Shown here: positions 30,885-41,331 of the stretch, in pieces | Layout: every line of letters starts with the position of its first letter | How positions within the stretch are numbered: the first letter of the stretch is position 1 | Assembly: GCA_003233345.1 (NCBI GenBank) | Contig: QILK01000244.1 | Location: 5,977 to 69,976 of the forward strand | DNA length: 64,000 nucleotides | Direction of reading: 5' to 3' | Source: Gammaproteobacteria bacterium | Lineage (GTDB): Bacteria; Pseudomonadota; Gammaproteobacteria; SZUA-21 | Program-made: the position numbers and the translations under genes | The notes under the pieces: model-generated | Database searches by the model: none | Told to the model about the DNA's origin: nothing | The model's input: the letters and a program-made list of their open reading frames with translations, nothing else

Positions 30885-31760
30885 TTAGTCAAATGATTTT
30901 TTCGATTCAATAATTTTCAAAACCGTAGCAGGTAATTTTTCGGATAACTGGGAATCACGCGGTATAACATACTCTGGTAGATACGCATTTTCTGGGAATT
31001 GAAAGCTAGAGGCGGACGTAAGCATAATAGTGTTAATGTGAGTATTGTTTGAATCCGAAACTCTTAGAGCATTTATTAGTGCCAGACCATTAAGTGTTTT
31101 AAGTGATCTGCCCACTATTAGTATATCAAATTTTGTTTTTAGCAGGATTGATAGTGCCTCTAATCCATCATTGACTAACGTTATTTCTAACGGCAAATCA
31201 GATACGACATTTTTATACGCCAAAGCCATAGACATCGAAGATTCTGCAATGACAACTGATTGCGAAATTGTTAGTGGTACATTAGCAATAACATTTAATT
31301 CCTTCTCTATTGCCGTGAAATCAGGTTTAGAAGCGGTCGCTTCCATTACCGCTTTGCGTATCAGGTCAAGGTAACTAAAACATTGGTTGACAAATTTTTT
31401 ATCTACTCGGCTAAAATCGTTATTTAGTCTTTCCAAATGATCTTCAAAGTAATGGCAGATAGAGCTAACTATGGGTATACCGTGAGTTCCAGCACTACCT
31501 TTTACACTGTGTACATTTCGGTATAACTCATCAAAAGTTTCCTTCTGATTGCAATTGTCCTCAAGCGCAAGTACCAGTAATTCCTGGTCATTGCAACGTT
31601 CAGGCATTGCATCGAGAAAGCCAATTTTTAATGTTTCTAACAGTGCCTGGGCATCGCTAGTCGCCGTAGTGTTTCTATTATTCATCGTTAATTTATTTAA
31701 CCATCTTGGAAATAGCCACGCAATTACGGCCCTGATGTTTGGCTTTATAAAGAGCCTCAT
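30885..31760 (-). CDS. HPt-domain protein with degenerate receiver-like C-terminal domain
   Basis: HPt motif HSVKGSAGTHG. The C-terminal ~130 aa resembles a REC fold but lacks the usual D..MP signature. Confidence 0.55.
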   Translation of the reverse strand: MRLFIKPNIRAVIAWLFPRWLNKLTMNNRNTTATSDAQALLETLKIGFLDAMPERCNDQELLVLALEDNCNQKETFDELYRNVHSVKGSAGTHGIPIVSSICHYFEDHLERLNNDFSRVDKKFVNQCFSYLDLIRKAVMEATASKPDFTAIEKELNVIANVPLTISQSVVIAESSMSMALAYKNVVSDLPLEITLVNDGLEALSILLKTKFDILIVGRSLKTLNGLALINALRVSDSNNTHINTIMLTSASSFQFPENAYLPEYVIPRDSQLSEKLPATVLKIIESKKSFD

Positions 31761-33354
31761 CGGCGGTTTGATTTATCTTCTCGGCAGCATTATACATAGG
31801 AAAACCAGAAAGGCCCGCACTAAAGGTCACGGAAAATTCAGAATTTTCATGTGTAAAACGCATTTCCGAAAATTGCTGCCGAATTTCATTAACAACAAGT
31901 AACGCGTTATCGATATCAGTGTCAGGGAGTACTAACGCAAATTCCTCGCCGCCGTATCGACCGATACTATCGGTTTTGCGTAAACGTTGTTGCAGTAATC
32001 GCGCAAGATTTTTAAGTACGCGATCACCCATCATATGCCCGTAATTATCGTTAACTTGTTTAAAATGATCAATATCGATCATGATAAAACTGACAACAGA
32101 TTTTTGCCGCTTAGCACGTGATAACTCTGTCATAAGTTGTTGTTTTATGTGAGCATGCTTCAGCAATCCAGTTAGACTGTCTTTACTCATTAGCCCACTC
32201 AATTGGCGAGCTCGCTGTACGCGTGCTGTCACCGATAATACTAAATGTTCATCGCCAATAGGTTTATTTAAAAAATCATCACCGCCTAATCCCAAAGCGG
32301 TAAGTTGGTTTTCGAGTTTATTTTCCGTTGACAAAAAAACAATAGGAATGGTTAAATAATTATCTTGAAGCCTAATCAATTTCGCAAGTTCTAGTCCCGA
32401 GCACTCGGGCATGTGGATGTCCATTAGGATCATTTCTGGATCATGCTTGGCTATATCTTGAAAAATATTTTTTGGTTGACTCATTATACTCACTTCCATG
32501 CCTTCTTTAGTTAATATCAACGCATAATAGTCTGCGAGTATTACATCATCGTCAACAATTAAGATACGATAAGGGTCTTGTATATCGGGCGCAGTTAGCT
32601 TGTCCAGTCGGTCAGCAAGTTGATCAATATTAATTGGTTTAATAAAGTAGGCATCCCCCCCAGCACGCACGGCTTCAAGACGAACTGCAAATTCATCGAG
32701 TGATGAAGTAAAAATTACCGGTAAGTTTGGAGCGTGATGCTCATGTATACGTTGTACGATATCGATACCGGCTAAATTTCCCTCGGCGAGTACAATATTT
32801 GAAATAATGGCTGCCGGTAATCTTTCCTTGAGTGCGTTAATTAGTTCATTACCCGTGGAATATTGCTCTACTTGATAACCAAATCGCGTTAGTTGTAACG
32901 AGACTTTCTTATCCGCTTCGATATCGTCTTCTAATATGTAGATCAGAGCGCCCATTTCCTCATTATCTTTAAGCGTTGTTTCTGTGGGCGCTGGCTTATC
33001 AATTACCGCACTACCTGAGCGAGCTTCTAACATGCAAAATCGGTTTATCAGTTGCGAAACTTTATCCCATTCATCATTAGTAACGGAGATTTTATCTTTA
33101 CCCCAGTGTTTAATTAACTGTTCTATCTCGCGTGCTTTATCGCTTAGTTGGTGTAACCCAAATGTGGCACCTGAACCGACAAGACTGTGGACTAGTCTAT
33201 GTACTGTATTAAAGTCATCGCTCACACGATCGCGATCAACCACGATGTTTTGCCAAAGCAGAGAAATATCTTTAAGTTTTTCTGGCAATTGTGCTACATA
33301 GGCATCGGTTAATGCCTGAAGTTTAGCTTGTATATCTTGAGTTTTAGTCACCAT
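31693..33354 (-). CDS. HPt-REC-REC-GGDEF response regulator (diguanylate cyclase)
   Basis: N-terminal HPt (HSLVGSGATFG), two receiver domains, and a C-terminal GGDEF with an intact GGEEF motif (RYGGEEF). Confidence 0.8.
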   Translation of the reverse strand: MVTKTQDIQAKLQALTDAYVAQLPEKLKDISLLWQNIVVDRDRVSDDFNTVHRLVHSLVGSGATFGLHQLSDKAREIEQLIKHWGKDKISVTNDEWDKVSQLINRFCMLEARSGSAVIDKPAPTETTLKDNEEMGALIYILEDDIEADKKVSLQLTRFGYQVEQYSTGNELINALKERLPAAIISNIVLAEGNLAGIDIVQRIHEHHAPNLPVIFTSSLDEFAVRLEAVRAGGDAYFIKPINIDQLADRLDKLTAPDIQDPYRILIVDDDVILADYYALILTKEGMEVSIMSQPKNIFQDIAKHDPEMILMDIHMPECSGLELAKLIRLQDNYLTIPIVFLSTENKLENQLTALGLGGDDFLNKPIGDEHLVLSVTARVQRARQLSGLMSKDSLTGLLKHAHIKQQLMTELSRAKRQKSVVSFIMIDIDHFKQVNDNYGHMMGDRVLKNLARLLQQRLRKTDSIGRYGGEEFALVLPDTDIDNALLVVNEIRQQFSEMRFTHENSEFSVTFSAGLSGFPMYNAAEKINQTADEALYKAKHQGRNCVAISKMVK

Positions 33355-33733
33355 TATGTTGTTTAAATACCGTTCTTATCTGGTTGGCTAACTGCATTGG
33401 ATCAAATGGTTTGGGAATGACTTCCATTGCGCCCATTGCTAGTAAGCTTGCTACCTCATCCGTCTGCACCTTTGCCGTCATAAAGATAACAGGTGTTTTA
33501 GTCATCTCAGGTAACTTTTTTATAGCCTTAAGTGTCGTTGGGCCATCCATACCAGGCATCATCACATCCATTAGTAATAAATCGGGTTTAAAGGCAATGA
33601 CATTATCCAAAGCTTCTTGCCCTGAACTACAGACACTAAGGGTAAAGCCACCTACTGTTTCCAGGGCTATACGAGCTACTGCTTGAATATCCTGTTCGTC
33701 TTCGACATACATAATACGTTTCAATAATGACAT
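33344..33733 (-). CDS. Single-domain CheY-like response regulator
   Basis: 129 aa: DLLLMDVMMPGMDG, a conserved T/K, and 11-nt overlap with the downstream gene. Confidence 0.8.
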   Translation of the reverse strand: MSLLKRIMYVEDEQDIQAVARIALETVGGFTLSVCSSGQEALDNVIAFKPDLLLMDVMMPGMDGPTTLKAIKKLPEMTKTPVIFMTAKVQTDEVASLLAMGAMEVIPKPFDPMQLANQIRTVFKQHNGD

Positions 33734-33753
33734 TTATTTATCGTCCTGCGAAA

Positions 33754-36700
33754 TTAGACAATTTTAGCTAATGGTAATTCTGAATCTCTATCTCTATCTC
33801 TATCTAATAAATTGGTGATAGTTTGCAATAATTTTTGATTGCTGGTTGAGGATTTAAGAAGAGCCGCGCTGACTTTTTCCGCTACGTCTACCCCAATCGT
33901 ATCCGCTGAAAATATAACTACCTGGGGCTGTGATTTTGCTGATTCGATCACCGTTAGTACCTCCAAACCATGATCATCAGGTAAATCCAAATCCAATAAC
34001 ACTAGACTAAATATTTCATTGCGTAACAATTGTTTTGCCTGTGCGACTGTCTCTGCACCAACAATTTGTGCGTGCCCTTGCAAGAAAACCTCAACGACGC
34101 GACGAACCTCAGCGTTATCTTCAACATGTAATATTCGCGGGCGGCTGGTACATACAGCGTGTTGTACGGCGTTTAGTAATCGTTTTTGGTCTATAGGTTT
34201 TTCTAACCAATCGACGACACTGATTGAGCCACTGCTAATACCCTGCTTACTTTCATTGGTTTTCGCTGAAACTATCACTACCGGCAATTGGCAACTTACC
34301 AACTCCCGACGTATCTCTTTTAAAAAACTAATTCCGTCTTGCCCCGGAAGCATAATATCTAAGGTAATAGCCTGGTATACATTTGGGTTATTTTTTAGAA
34401 AATTTTTCGCCTCAGCGGTATCAGAGGCAATATCTGCGTTCAGTCCGCCAACCATCAGTATCTGTCTTATAATGGTTGCGATGTCCGTATCATCTTCAAT
34501 AATCAAGATACGTGGAGCATCTTTGTTAATAGCAAGATGCGTAGCCACCTTAGAATTATTGTCACCGACTGTAACCTTCACCTCGTTAAAATCAAGGTGG
34601 AATTTAGAACCGACTCCCTCCTCAGATTCGAAGCTAATTTTTCCCCCTAGTTTTTCCACTATTGCTTTGGAAATACTTAACCCTAATCCAGTCCCGCCAA
34701 CGGTGCGGGTATCCGTGGAATCCGATTGGGTAAACTGGTCGAATAGCCTAGGCTGGAATTCCTTCGGTATGCCAACGCCAGAATCAGTGACAGAAACTCG
34801 AACATAATCATTAAAATTGCTAATACTAATTTCAACTATTGATCCTTTAGATGAAAATTTAGCGGCGTTCGACATCAGATTTATTACAACCTGCATAAGT
34901 CGATCTTTATCTGTATATATCCAAACGTTTTTAAGTTCAGTGCTAAACGCAAATTGGACGTCGTATTGTTTCGCATAAGCTTCGTTGTCTTTAATAGCCA
35001 ACTTAAGGTAAGAGGCAAGCTCGAGATCCTGAAAGTCGAAGTTAATCTCACCCGATTCAATTTTTTGAGTATCTAAAATATCATTTATCAATAACATTAG
35101 TCGCTCAATGTTACTATTGGCGATTGCGAGCATCTCTTTGGCCGCATCTGGGAACTCACCGACGGCCCCTCCAATTAACAGACCAATTGATCCACGTACT
35201 GAGGTCAGTGGCGTTCTGAGTTCATGGCTTACGGTTGATATAAATTCATTTTTCAGTTTATTGACCCGGTATCGTTCACTGATATCACGTGTGGTTACCA
35301 AAAACCGTGGGTCTTCTCCTGCCAGTGAAATATATTGCAAAAAAATCTCGACCGGAACCAAAGTACCATTCTTATGCTGATGTGTGGTTTCCAAATTCAG
35401 CAATGGTACTTCGCCCAAAATCATCGGCTCCAATGTCTTACGAAAACGTATATCGTCATACTCACTTAGTATGTCTACGGGAGTCATATTTACCAACTCG
35501 TCATAACTGTAGCCAATTTGAATCGTTGCCCCGGCATTAACATAAAAATACTTCAGTGTCTTTGGGTGAAACATAAAGACACAATCCAGCGTTTTATCCA
35601 GTGTATTCTTAAATTGCCTGAGCACCTGCTCAGATTTAATCCGTTCGCTGATATCTCGCACCACACCCACTACTTGACGTCTTTTGGAGAGTTCCATCGG
35701 CGCAATGTTTAACGATATTGGAAACAATGAACCATCGCTACGCCTGGCTTTTAGGTGTCCATCATTACCGAGCACGAGTGTACTCGCTAGACTCGGATTG
35801 GTCGTTAGTTTCTCATGTACTTCCCGCTCAGCATCCGGCAAAAGAATGGAAACATTGCAACCGATTATATCTTCTGCCTGATATCCAAATATTTTTACCG
35901 ACGCTGAGTTAAATGTCTGGATAATTCCCTTTTCATCAATGGTAATAATAGAATCAGCAACCGTATCAAGAACCGCTCGTTGATAGGTCTCACTTTCTTT
36001 AAGCGCAATTTCAGTTATTTTTCGTTCATCAATTTCTAATTTGAGTGTACGATGCGCGCGTATATAATCGAGGGTCAAGCCAATTAACGGCGTACCATAT
36101 GCTACGATTTTCATAAAGTGGGCGATATTAAAATGATTATCGAACAAAGCAGTTGATCCAAAAGTCATGTGTAATTGAGTGACGACTTCTGGAATAGCGC
36201 TGATAACCAATGCGTGAGCAAACAAGCTAGGGCGACGCTTATATAATCGCGGGTAAATAAATAGACCGGCAAACAAAAATAGTACTAAAGGTAACGCATC
36301 GTATGGGCGTGTTATAAAAGAATTTGGAAAAGTAGTCTTAGGCAGGTAAGCAGTCGTGGCGGCGATATGTATAATAACATAGGCAATCACACCAAAAATA
36401 AGACTAACGCTGATGATGAACCCGAAACCACGTTCGCTTTTAGCTTCTTTTTTTCGGATTAATAAAATGCTAACACCTGCGATCATGATAATCGCATTAA
36501 AGGTTCGACAAATTGCCCATGTAAATGGAATAAGATCACGATTGTCAGCGACCGCAGGAATTAATCGATCAGCGGCCAATGTATGGAAGGCATCCATGCA
36601 CCCGGCCATAAAAAAAGCCACCCCGATAATGGGCGTGGTAATATCATTGGTGATTTTGTAATGACTCAACGCAAGAAAGACAACAAAAACAGCGACACAG

Positions 36701-36978
36701 AAAGCGCTCCATTCTAATAGTGTATGAACAAAAGCACCGGATAATGTATGGAAATGGGCATCAACGACCTCATAAATAGGCGCGTTTAACGCCCAGGCAT
36801 GATCCATTTTAGAACCCTGTGTTCCGAAATCGAGACCTAACATTGTTAACAAAAAGGGTAGGCTACAGGCTAGTAATATTCCAATAATTAATAAATTTGG
36901 AATTCGAGTCCCATCGCTACGAGTCGGAGTAGATACATTTTGTCTAAATCTTTCCAATTCTGGTTTCCCTAATTCCAC
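33754..36978 (-). CDS. Hybrid sensor histidine kinase (polytopic N-terminal sensor, 2 PAS, HisKA, HATPase, 2 receivers)
   Basis: H-box VSHELRTPLTSV, G-boxes GTGLGLSISK, and receiver signatures TLDIMLPGQDG and LLDLDLPDDHG. Confidence 0.85.
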   Translation of the reverse strand: MELGKPELERFRQNVSTPTRSDGTRIPNLLIIGILLACSLPFLLTMLGLDFGTQGSKMDHAWALNAPIYEVVDAHFHTLSGAFVHTLLEWSAFCVAVFVVFLALSHYKITNDITTPIIGVAFFMAGCMDAFHTLAADRLIPAVADNRDLIPFTWAICRTFNAIIMIAGVSILLIRKKEAKSERGFGFIISVSLIFGVIAYVIIHIAATTAYLPKTTFPNSFITRPYDALPLVLFLFAGLFIYPRLYKRRPSLFAHALVISAIPEVVTQLHMTFGSTALFDNHFNIAHFMKIVAYGTPLIGLTLDYIRAHRTLKLEIDERKITEIALKESETYQRAVLDTVADSIITIDEKGIIQTFNSASVKIFGYQAEDIIGCNVSILLPDAEREVHEKLTTNPSLASTLVLGNDGHLKARRSDGSLFPISLNIAPMELSKRRQVVGVVRDISERIKSEQVLRQFKNTLDKTLDCVFMFHPKTLKYFYVNAGATIQIGYSYDELVNMTPVDILSEYDDIRFRKTLEPMILGEVPLLNLETTHQHKNGTLVPVEIFLQYISLAGEDPRFLVTTRDISERYRVNKLKNEFISTVSHELRTPLTSVRGSIGLLIGGAVGEFPDAAKEMLAIANSNIERLMLLINDILDTQKIESGEINFDFQDLELASYLKLAIKDNEAYAKQYDVQFAFSTELKNVWIYTDKDRLMQVVINLMSNAAKFSSKGSIVEISISNFNDYVRVSVTDSGVGIPKEFQPRLFDQFTQSDSTDTRTVGGTGLGLSISKAIVEKLGGKISFESEEGVGSKFHLDFNEVKVTVGDNNSKVATHLAINKDAPRILIIEDDTDIATIIRQILMVGGLNADIASDTAEAKNFLKNNPNVYQAITLDIMLPGQDGISFLKEIRRELVSCQLPVVIVSAKTNESKQGISSGSISVVDWLEKPIDQKRLLNAVQHAVCTSRPRILHVEDNAEVRRVVEVFLQGHAQIVGAETVAQAKQLLRNEIFSLVLLDLDLPDDHGLEVLTVIESAKSQPQVVIFSADTIGVDVAEKVSAALLKSSTSNQKLLQTITNLLDRDRDRDSELPLAKIV

Positions 36979-37216
36979 TTATTGGTTAGAGTCTCACTTG
37001 TTATTTACATTTTTGATTAGCCAAGGACGTAAATAGATGGAGAAATAATAGGTGTACAGCCAGTGTCAGTTATGCACACTTAATGCCATTTATAGGCAAT
37101 TGAATTTAGAAATTCTGTCATATCGAAGCGCCCGGATTCAAGTTAGAAAACTGCTCTATGGCCGTGGCAGGATTTAGAATTTTTGTTCGATATGGAGCAA
37201 ACTGAAGGGTATAGCG

Positions 37217-37258
37217 CTGTCATTTTATATCGAACGGGAAAATATCAGGATTAGAGTT
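37217..37258. repeat. 42-bp direct repeat copy A (CTGTCATTTTATATCGAACGGGAAAATATCAGGATTAGAGTT)
   Basis: About 90% identical to the copy at 39070-39112. The two copies bracket the genes at 37385-39010. Confidence 0.55.
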
Positions 37259-37384
37259 AATGTGTCCTCGATAATTTTTATTTAATATGACTGTTTACAT
37301 TTAATTTTCCTTACCCTATCCTGTTTATCTACACTAGAACCGCCTAATAAATTTTGTTTCCAGGTATATTGTAGACGGAGCAGT

Positions 37385-38059
37385 ATGATAAAAAGGATAA
37401 TTTCACTTTCAATAATAGTGCTACTTATTGGTTGTAATGTCGCTTTCGATTCCGCCTTATCATTACCCTCTGATAGTAGTAAACCTGATAGTAAGCTTAT
37501 GGGCACTTGGTATGCAGGTAGTGGCAAACCGTTTATAGGTTATTTGATCAGTGTCGGCACGCCTGTAGGTGATCCTCCTGCAAAAGTAACTATGGGTATT
37601 AATTTTAGTCTTTACGGTGATGATGGTTCGCTGATTCCGGCACAATATTGGGGTTACACATCGAAAATTAATAATGAGCGTTATTTGGTGATACTGTTTA
37701 AGCCTGTTAAGTATCACTTGTCAGGAGGTTTGTTTAACGGATTAAGTAAAAAGAAACTTTTAGCTTATATTTTTAAATATCAGCTAAAAAATAACAAACT
37801 CGTTATTAGTTGGCCTGATTCCGGTAAGATTGCCAGGGATTTAAAAAATGGTATTTTTAAATACGTAAAGGATAAAAATGATAAATCGGGTATTGACGCA
37901 ACCATTATACACACTGGTTCTGAAGAGTTAGTAGAATATTTTAAAAATAATACTAATCGTATATTTGATAAAGTACTTAACAGCAAGCGTCAGGAAGTAA
38001 TAGAATTAACCCGTTTAAATTTGGGTACAAAAACACAAAAGTTAAAAAAGGGGAAATAG
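37385..38059 (+). CDS. Lipoprotein, unknown function
   Basis: Signal peptide with lipobox LIGC. 224 aa. Confidence 0.5.
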   Translation: MIKRIISLSIIVLLIGCNVAFDSALSLPSDSSKPDSKLMGTWYAGSGKPFIGYLISVGTPVGDPPAKVTMGINFSLYGDDGSLIPAQYWGYTSKINNERYLVILFKPVKYHLSGGLFNGLSKKKLLAYIFKYQLKNNKLVISWPDSGKIARDLKNGIFKYVKDKNDKSGIDATIIHTGSEELVEYFKNNTNRIFDKVLNSKRQEVIELTRLNLGTKTQKLKKGK

Positions 38060-38083
38060 CTATTTCATGAGGGAGTATTTATC

Positions 38084-39010
38084 ATGAGTAAATACGTAAT
38101 TGAAGCTCGATCAATGGTCGTGAAAAACACATTCGGTATTGGCAGGCATAACTATTGGGTGATGCGTGAAGAAGGTACAAAAGGCAGCGACGGTGTTGTT
38201 GCCGAGCTTCATGGCATGGCTTATAACCGTAATACAAAAGAATATGTAACGATAGGTACAAGCGAGAAAGTTCATTCTCTGGGAGGGTTGCATATTGTCC
38301 ATGGTTATACTTATGCGAAACAGGTCCCAAAGCATCTTATTGATAAAACGCCCCAAGAACGCCGCATACATTCACTAATCGCCGATAATCAAAAATCTCA
38401 GGTAGTCTTTACCGGCAGTTTTGAAGACGTTAAGAAACGCTGGGCACAAGCAATAATGGGATCAAAAGAATTAAGTAATAAAGATCTAAATTATCCCCTG
38501 CTAGGGATTCAAGGGAAACCCGAACAGCTGGTTAACAGCAACTCCGCCTATGCTACATTTGCTGAGCTTATGGGTGTTAAAATACAGCGTTTCCCGGGCT
38601 ATGAGCCGGGTATAAAAAACCGCGTACTTTCACCAGAGCGAATCGACCAGCTTAAGTACCGGCCACAACAATCGATAAATCAAAAAAATATACACAGCAG
38701 CGTAGATCCAATTGCATACAATTCATTAACACACCACGAAAAACAGAATATCGCACCGGGTGAATTATGGAAAAAACTTGGTTTCTCCCCAAAAACCGAT
38801 GTGAAATCACAAGTGTATAATTTTGAAAACACAAAAGGCAATATAAAACAAATCGCAATGTATTCTTCAGATTCTGTAAAAGCGCTAAATACTGCCGATC
38901 GACGCGATCCCACACAAGTCCTAAATGATTATTATCAACAAATTGCTAAAAACCCCGAAAAAAATACCTCGAAACCTAAAAGACAGGATCAAGGGGTTGA
39001 CTATGTTTAA
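38084..39010 (+). CDS. Hypothetical cytoplasmic protein (308 aa), no recognisable domain
   Basis: A strong ORF 24 nt after the lipoprotein gene, preceded by the SD-like GAGGGAG. No signal peptide. Confidence 0.5.
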   Translation: MSKYVIEARSMVVKNTFGIGRHNYWVMREEGTKGSDGVVAELHGMAYNRNTKEYVTIGTSEKVHSLGGLHIVHGYTYAKQVPKHLIDKTPQERRIHSLIADNQKSQVVFTGSFEDVKKRWAQAIMGSKELSNKDLNYPLLGIQGKPEQLVNSNSAYATFAELMGVKIQRFPGYEPGIKNRVLSPERIDQLKYRPQQSINQKNIHSSVDPIAYNSLTHHEKQNIAPGELWKKLGFSPKTDVKSQVYNFENTKGNIKQIAMYSSDSVKALNTADRRDPTQVLNDYYQQIAKNPEKNTSKPKRQDQGVDYV

Positions 39011-39069
39011 ATCGGTGGTGACAGTGGGCGACCCCGTTTTGCCTCTTTAATAATTAGTTCACAATAACA

Positions 39070-39112
39070 CTGTGATTTAATATCGAACGGGAAAAATATC
39101 AGAATTGTAGTT
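39070..39112. repeat. 42-bp direct repeat copy B
   Basis: CTGTGATTTAATATCGAACGGGAAAAATATCAGAATTGTAGTT. See copy A. Confidence 0.55.
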
Positions 39113-39403
39113 TGTGGTTCCTTGATTGTCCTTTTGATTATCCTATACTTACGTTAAGCGGACTTAGCTTAGTCATCCCGAGTTTCGCTACCATGGATGA
39201 AATAAAAAAACGTTATGCACTTAGTGTTGGCAAAACTATTTTCGTATCTCGCTTACTGCATTACAGAATATTATAAATGAGTCTGAGAACACTATAAGAC
39301 GATATGGGCTCTATCCACTCACTGTGGATACAATTGTGAACCCAAAAATTTCAAACAACCATGTTAATCCATAATGATTGCTATTATGGTGTATTGGTTA
39401 TGA

Positions 39404-39856
39404 TTGATTTCACATAGGAGAATACGATTAATGGACAGAAGTGTGTTAATTAGTTTGTTTTCTTCAGGAGACTGGAAAGATCGATTTGAAGCCTGTCTGC
39501 AAGAAGGTTTGGAAATCGATCAATGTTCAGTAGACGATGGCTGGTCGTTGGTGCATTTTGCTGTTGAAGCAGAAAACTATGCCGCCGTTAATTGGTTGTA
39601 TTCTCGCGGCGCAGATCTCAATGCTCAGGATGAGAGCGGCAATACCGCCTTGCATTATGCTGTGCAAGCCGATGTTGAAATGTCGCTGCAAATCGATTCA
39701 ACAGTCGATTTTCGCGGCACCGGATTTTTGTTGTCACTGGGTGCTGATCCGCGAATAAAAAATTCGACTGGCTTGACGGTGCAAGATATCGCTGCCAGCT
39801 TTGGCGACACTATTTTAATGGAATATAAAACGCTGGAAATGGCAAAAGGGCTCTAA
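39404..39856 (+). CDS. Ankyrin-repeat protein
   Basis: About 3 ANK repeats (GWSLVHFAVEAENYAAVNWLYSRGADLNAQDESGNTALHYAV). The true start is possibly the Met at residue 10. Confidence 0.7.
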   Translation: MISHRRIRLMDRSVLISLFSSGDWKDRFEACLQEGLEIDQCSVDDGWSLVHFAVEAENYAAVNWLYSRGADLNAQDESGNTALHYAVQADVEMSLQIDSTVDFRGTGFLLSLGADPRIKNSTGLTVQDIAASFGDTILMEYKTLEMAKGL

Positions 39857-39888
39857 AGTGTTTAGCCGTAGCGGAGAGTAGATCAAAT

Positions 39889-40497
39889 CTAGTAGATCAG
39901 CATCGTTTTTTTGGACAAATGCACGCTAGGCACCTGTCTGTCAAAGGTTAAATAATTAAGGTTTGGATGTAGTGTGCGGATCAAATCCATATCGCGCTGA
40001 ATTTTATCCTGTACGGAGAATCTTACTGCACCCTGGTATCGCAAATCAAATTTGATATTTCCCAGATAGGCCGTCAATCCAGGATAAATCCGAAAATGTA
40101 AAGCGTGATTACTATTGACGTTTTGTCTTAACGGCATACCCTTGTAGCGATGGCTCAAGGTATAGATGCCCGGGTCCAGTTTTATTAAATAGATTCTTGA
40201 ATTATGCAATATAGAGTGGCTAAATACAGATGTTCTTAATCCTGTCGATGTATTTAAAAGAGGTTGCGTGATAACACTGGCTACTTCTCCTTTTTCGTTT
40301 TTTAAAACCAGGTCAATACCCGTATTATATTTTCCTTTTTTAGAAATGGTTAATAACAATAAACCATATTTTTCTTTGCCGCTAAACTGGATTCCTTGTC
40401 GCTGACTGTCGTCAGGTGATTTGGTGCTGATACTTTTTTGTTGGCAGGCTGGTATCATTATCACAAGAAACGCGATGAGCAATAGTTGCTTGGCCAT
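39889..40497 (-). CDS. Secreted protein, paralog family A (shares C-terminal PGLTAYLGNIKFD module with 45019-45639)
   Basis: Signal peptide. The conserved C-terminal block aligns with the other copy. Confidence 0.5.
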   Translation of the reverse strand: MAKQLLLIAFLVIMIPACQQKSISTKSPDDSQRQGIQFSGKEKYGLLLLTISKKGKYNTGIDLVLKNEKGEVASVITQPLLNTSTGLRTSVFSHSILHNSRIYLIKLDPGIYTLSHRYKGMPLRQNVNSNHALHFRIYPGLTAYLGNIKFDLRYQGAVRFSVQDKIQRDMDLIRTLHPNLNYLTFDRQVPSVHLSKKTMLIY

Positions 40498-40724
40498 AAA
40501 TTTGAAACTCCCCGATCCGAAAACAGCCGTATTTTAGCTATTTCTTTCTAATATGTACAATATTCTAGCACCCATAGGCGCGATTTAAAACCGTTAGTGT
40601 TAATTAAAAGTATACAAAAAGCAAGGCAAATTGATAGAAGTCAACGCAGTGTGGCTGCCGGAGTTTTTAGAATTAAACGGTATTTAATAAAGGATCTATT
40701 AGCCTAATAATCTTGAGAGTAAGG

Positions 40725-40756
40725 CTATAATTGAAAGCCGGGTTAAATACCCGGCC
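40725..40756 (-). terminator. Putative Rho-independent terminator of cspA
   Basis: Perfect 7-bp stem GCCGGGT/ACCCGGC with a 4-nt loop, followed on the minus strand by a T-rich run (CTTTCAATTAT), about 30 nt past the cspA stop. Confidence 0.45.
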
Positions 40757-40781
40757 TCCATAATTAAAGATCTAAGCTAAC

Positions 40782-40988
40782 TTATTCGCTAGTTTGAACC
40801 TTTAATGCTTGAGGACCTTTCGGCCCCTGTTCTACTTCATAAGTGACTTCTTGACCTTCGTTAAGTGTCTTGAACCCACCGCCTTCAATAACTGAAAAAT
40901 GTACGAACACATCGGGACTGCCATCAGAAGGAGCAATAAAACCGAAACCCTTGGAATCGTTAAACCATTTAACGGTACCTGTAGCCAT
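40782..40988 (-). CDS. cspA: Cold-shock protein, CspA family
   Basis: [21 protein letters not shown]1/RNP2 motifs, 68 aa. Confidence 0.9.
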   Translation of the reverse strand: MATGTVKWFNDSKGFGFIAPSDGSPDVFVHFSVIEGGGFKTLNEGQEVTYEVEQGPKGPQALKVQTSE

Positions 40989-41331
40989 GTAACTTACCTC
41001 TTAAATAAATATCAATACCCTATTGCAAAACATCCAAAGTTACAGACCGAGAAGACCAAGATGGTAATTCTGATTTGACCCAAAGAACGTGCAACAATTA
41101 ATCAATTAATCTGAAATCAAAAAGCAATGCAAAAATCTTTCTAAGGACATTCCAAACTGCACTCGATATTTTAGACTAATTCAGCAATTATATACCATAT
41201 TTAGGCACAGAATAAACTAAGTATGCAAAAAGAGTTTGTTTCGCAAGAATAAATATCAGGGAAAACAGGGCTGAACTGAAGGAAAATAGCAAAAATTACT
41301 GTAAGAACAGAATATTATTGGGGAATTACCA

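Noticed and set aside
34019-34807. 262-aa ORF antisense to the hybrid histidine kinase, plus many 60-130-aa ORFs nested in or antisense to large genes (e.g. 1295-1501, 2455-2850, 13116-13610, 35108-35912, 47089-47886)
   Set aside because: They lie entirely inside well-supported longer genes on the opposite strand or another frame. None has an RBS or a motif. These are typical shadow ORFs.
40685-40702. 18-bp exact match TAATAAAGGATCTATTAG also at 57002-57019
   Set aside because: It is AT-rich, and the chance probability in 64 kb is not negligible (~0.03-0.1). It has no flanking similarity, so it is recorded only as a weak possible shared motif.
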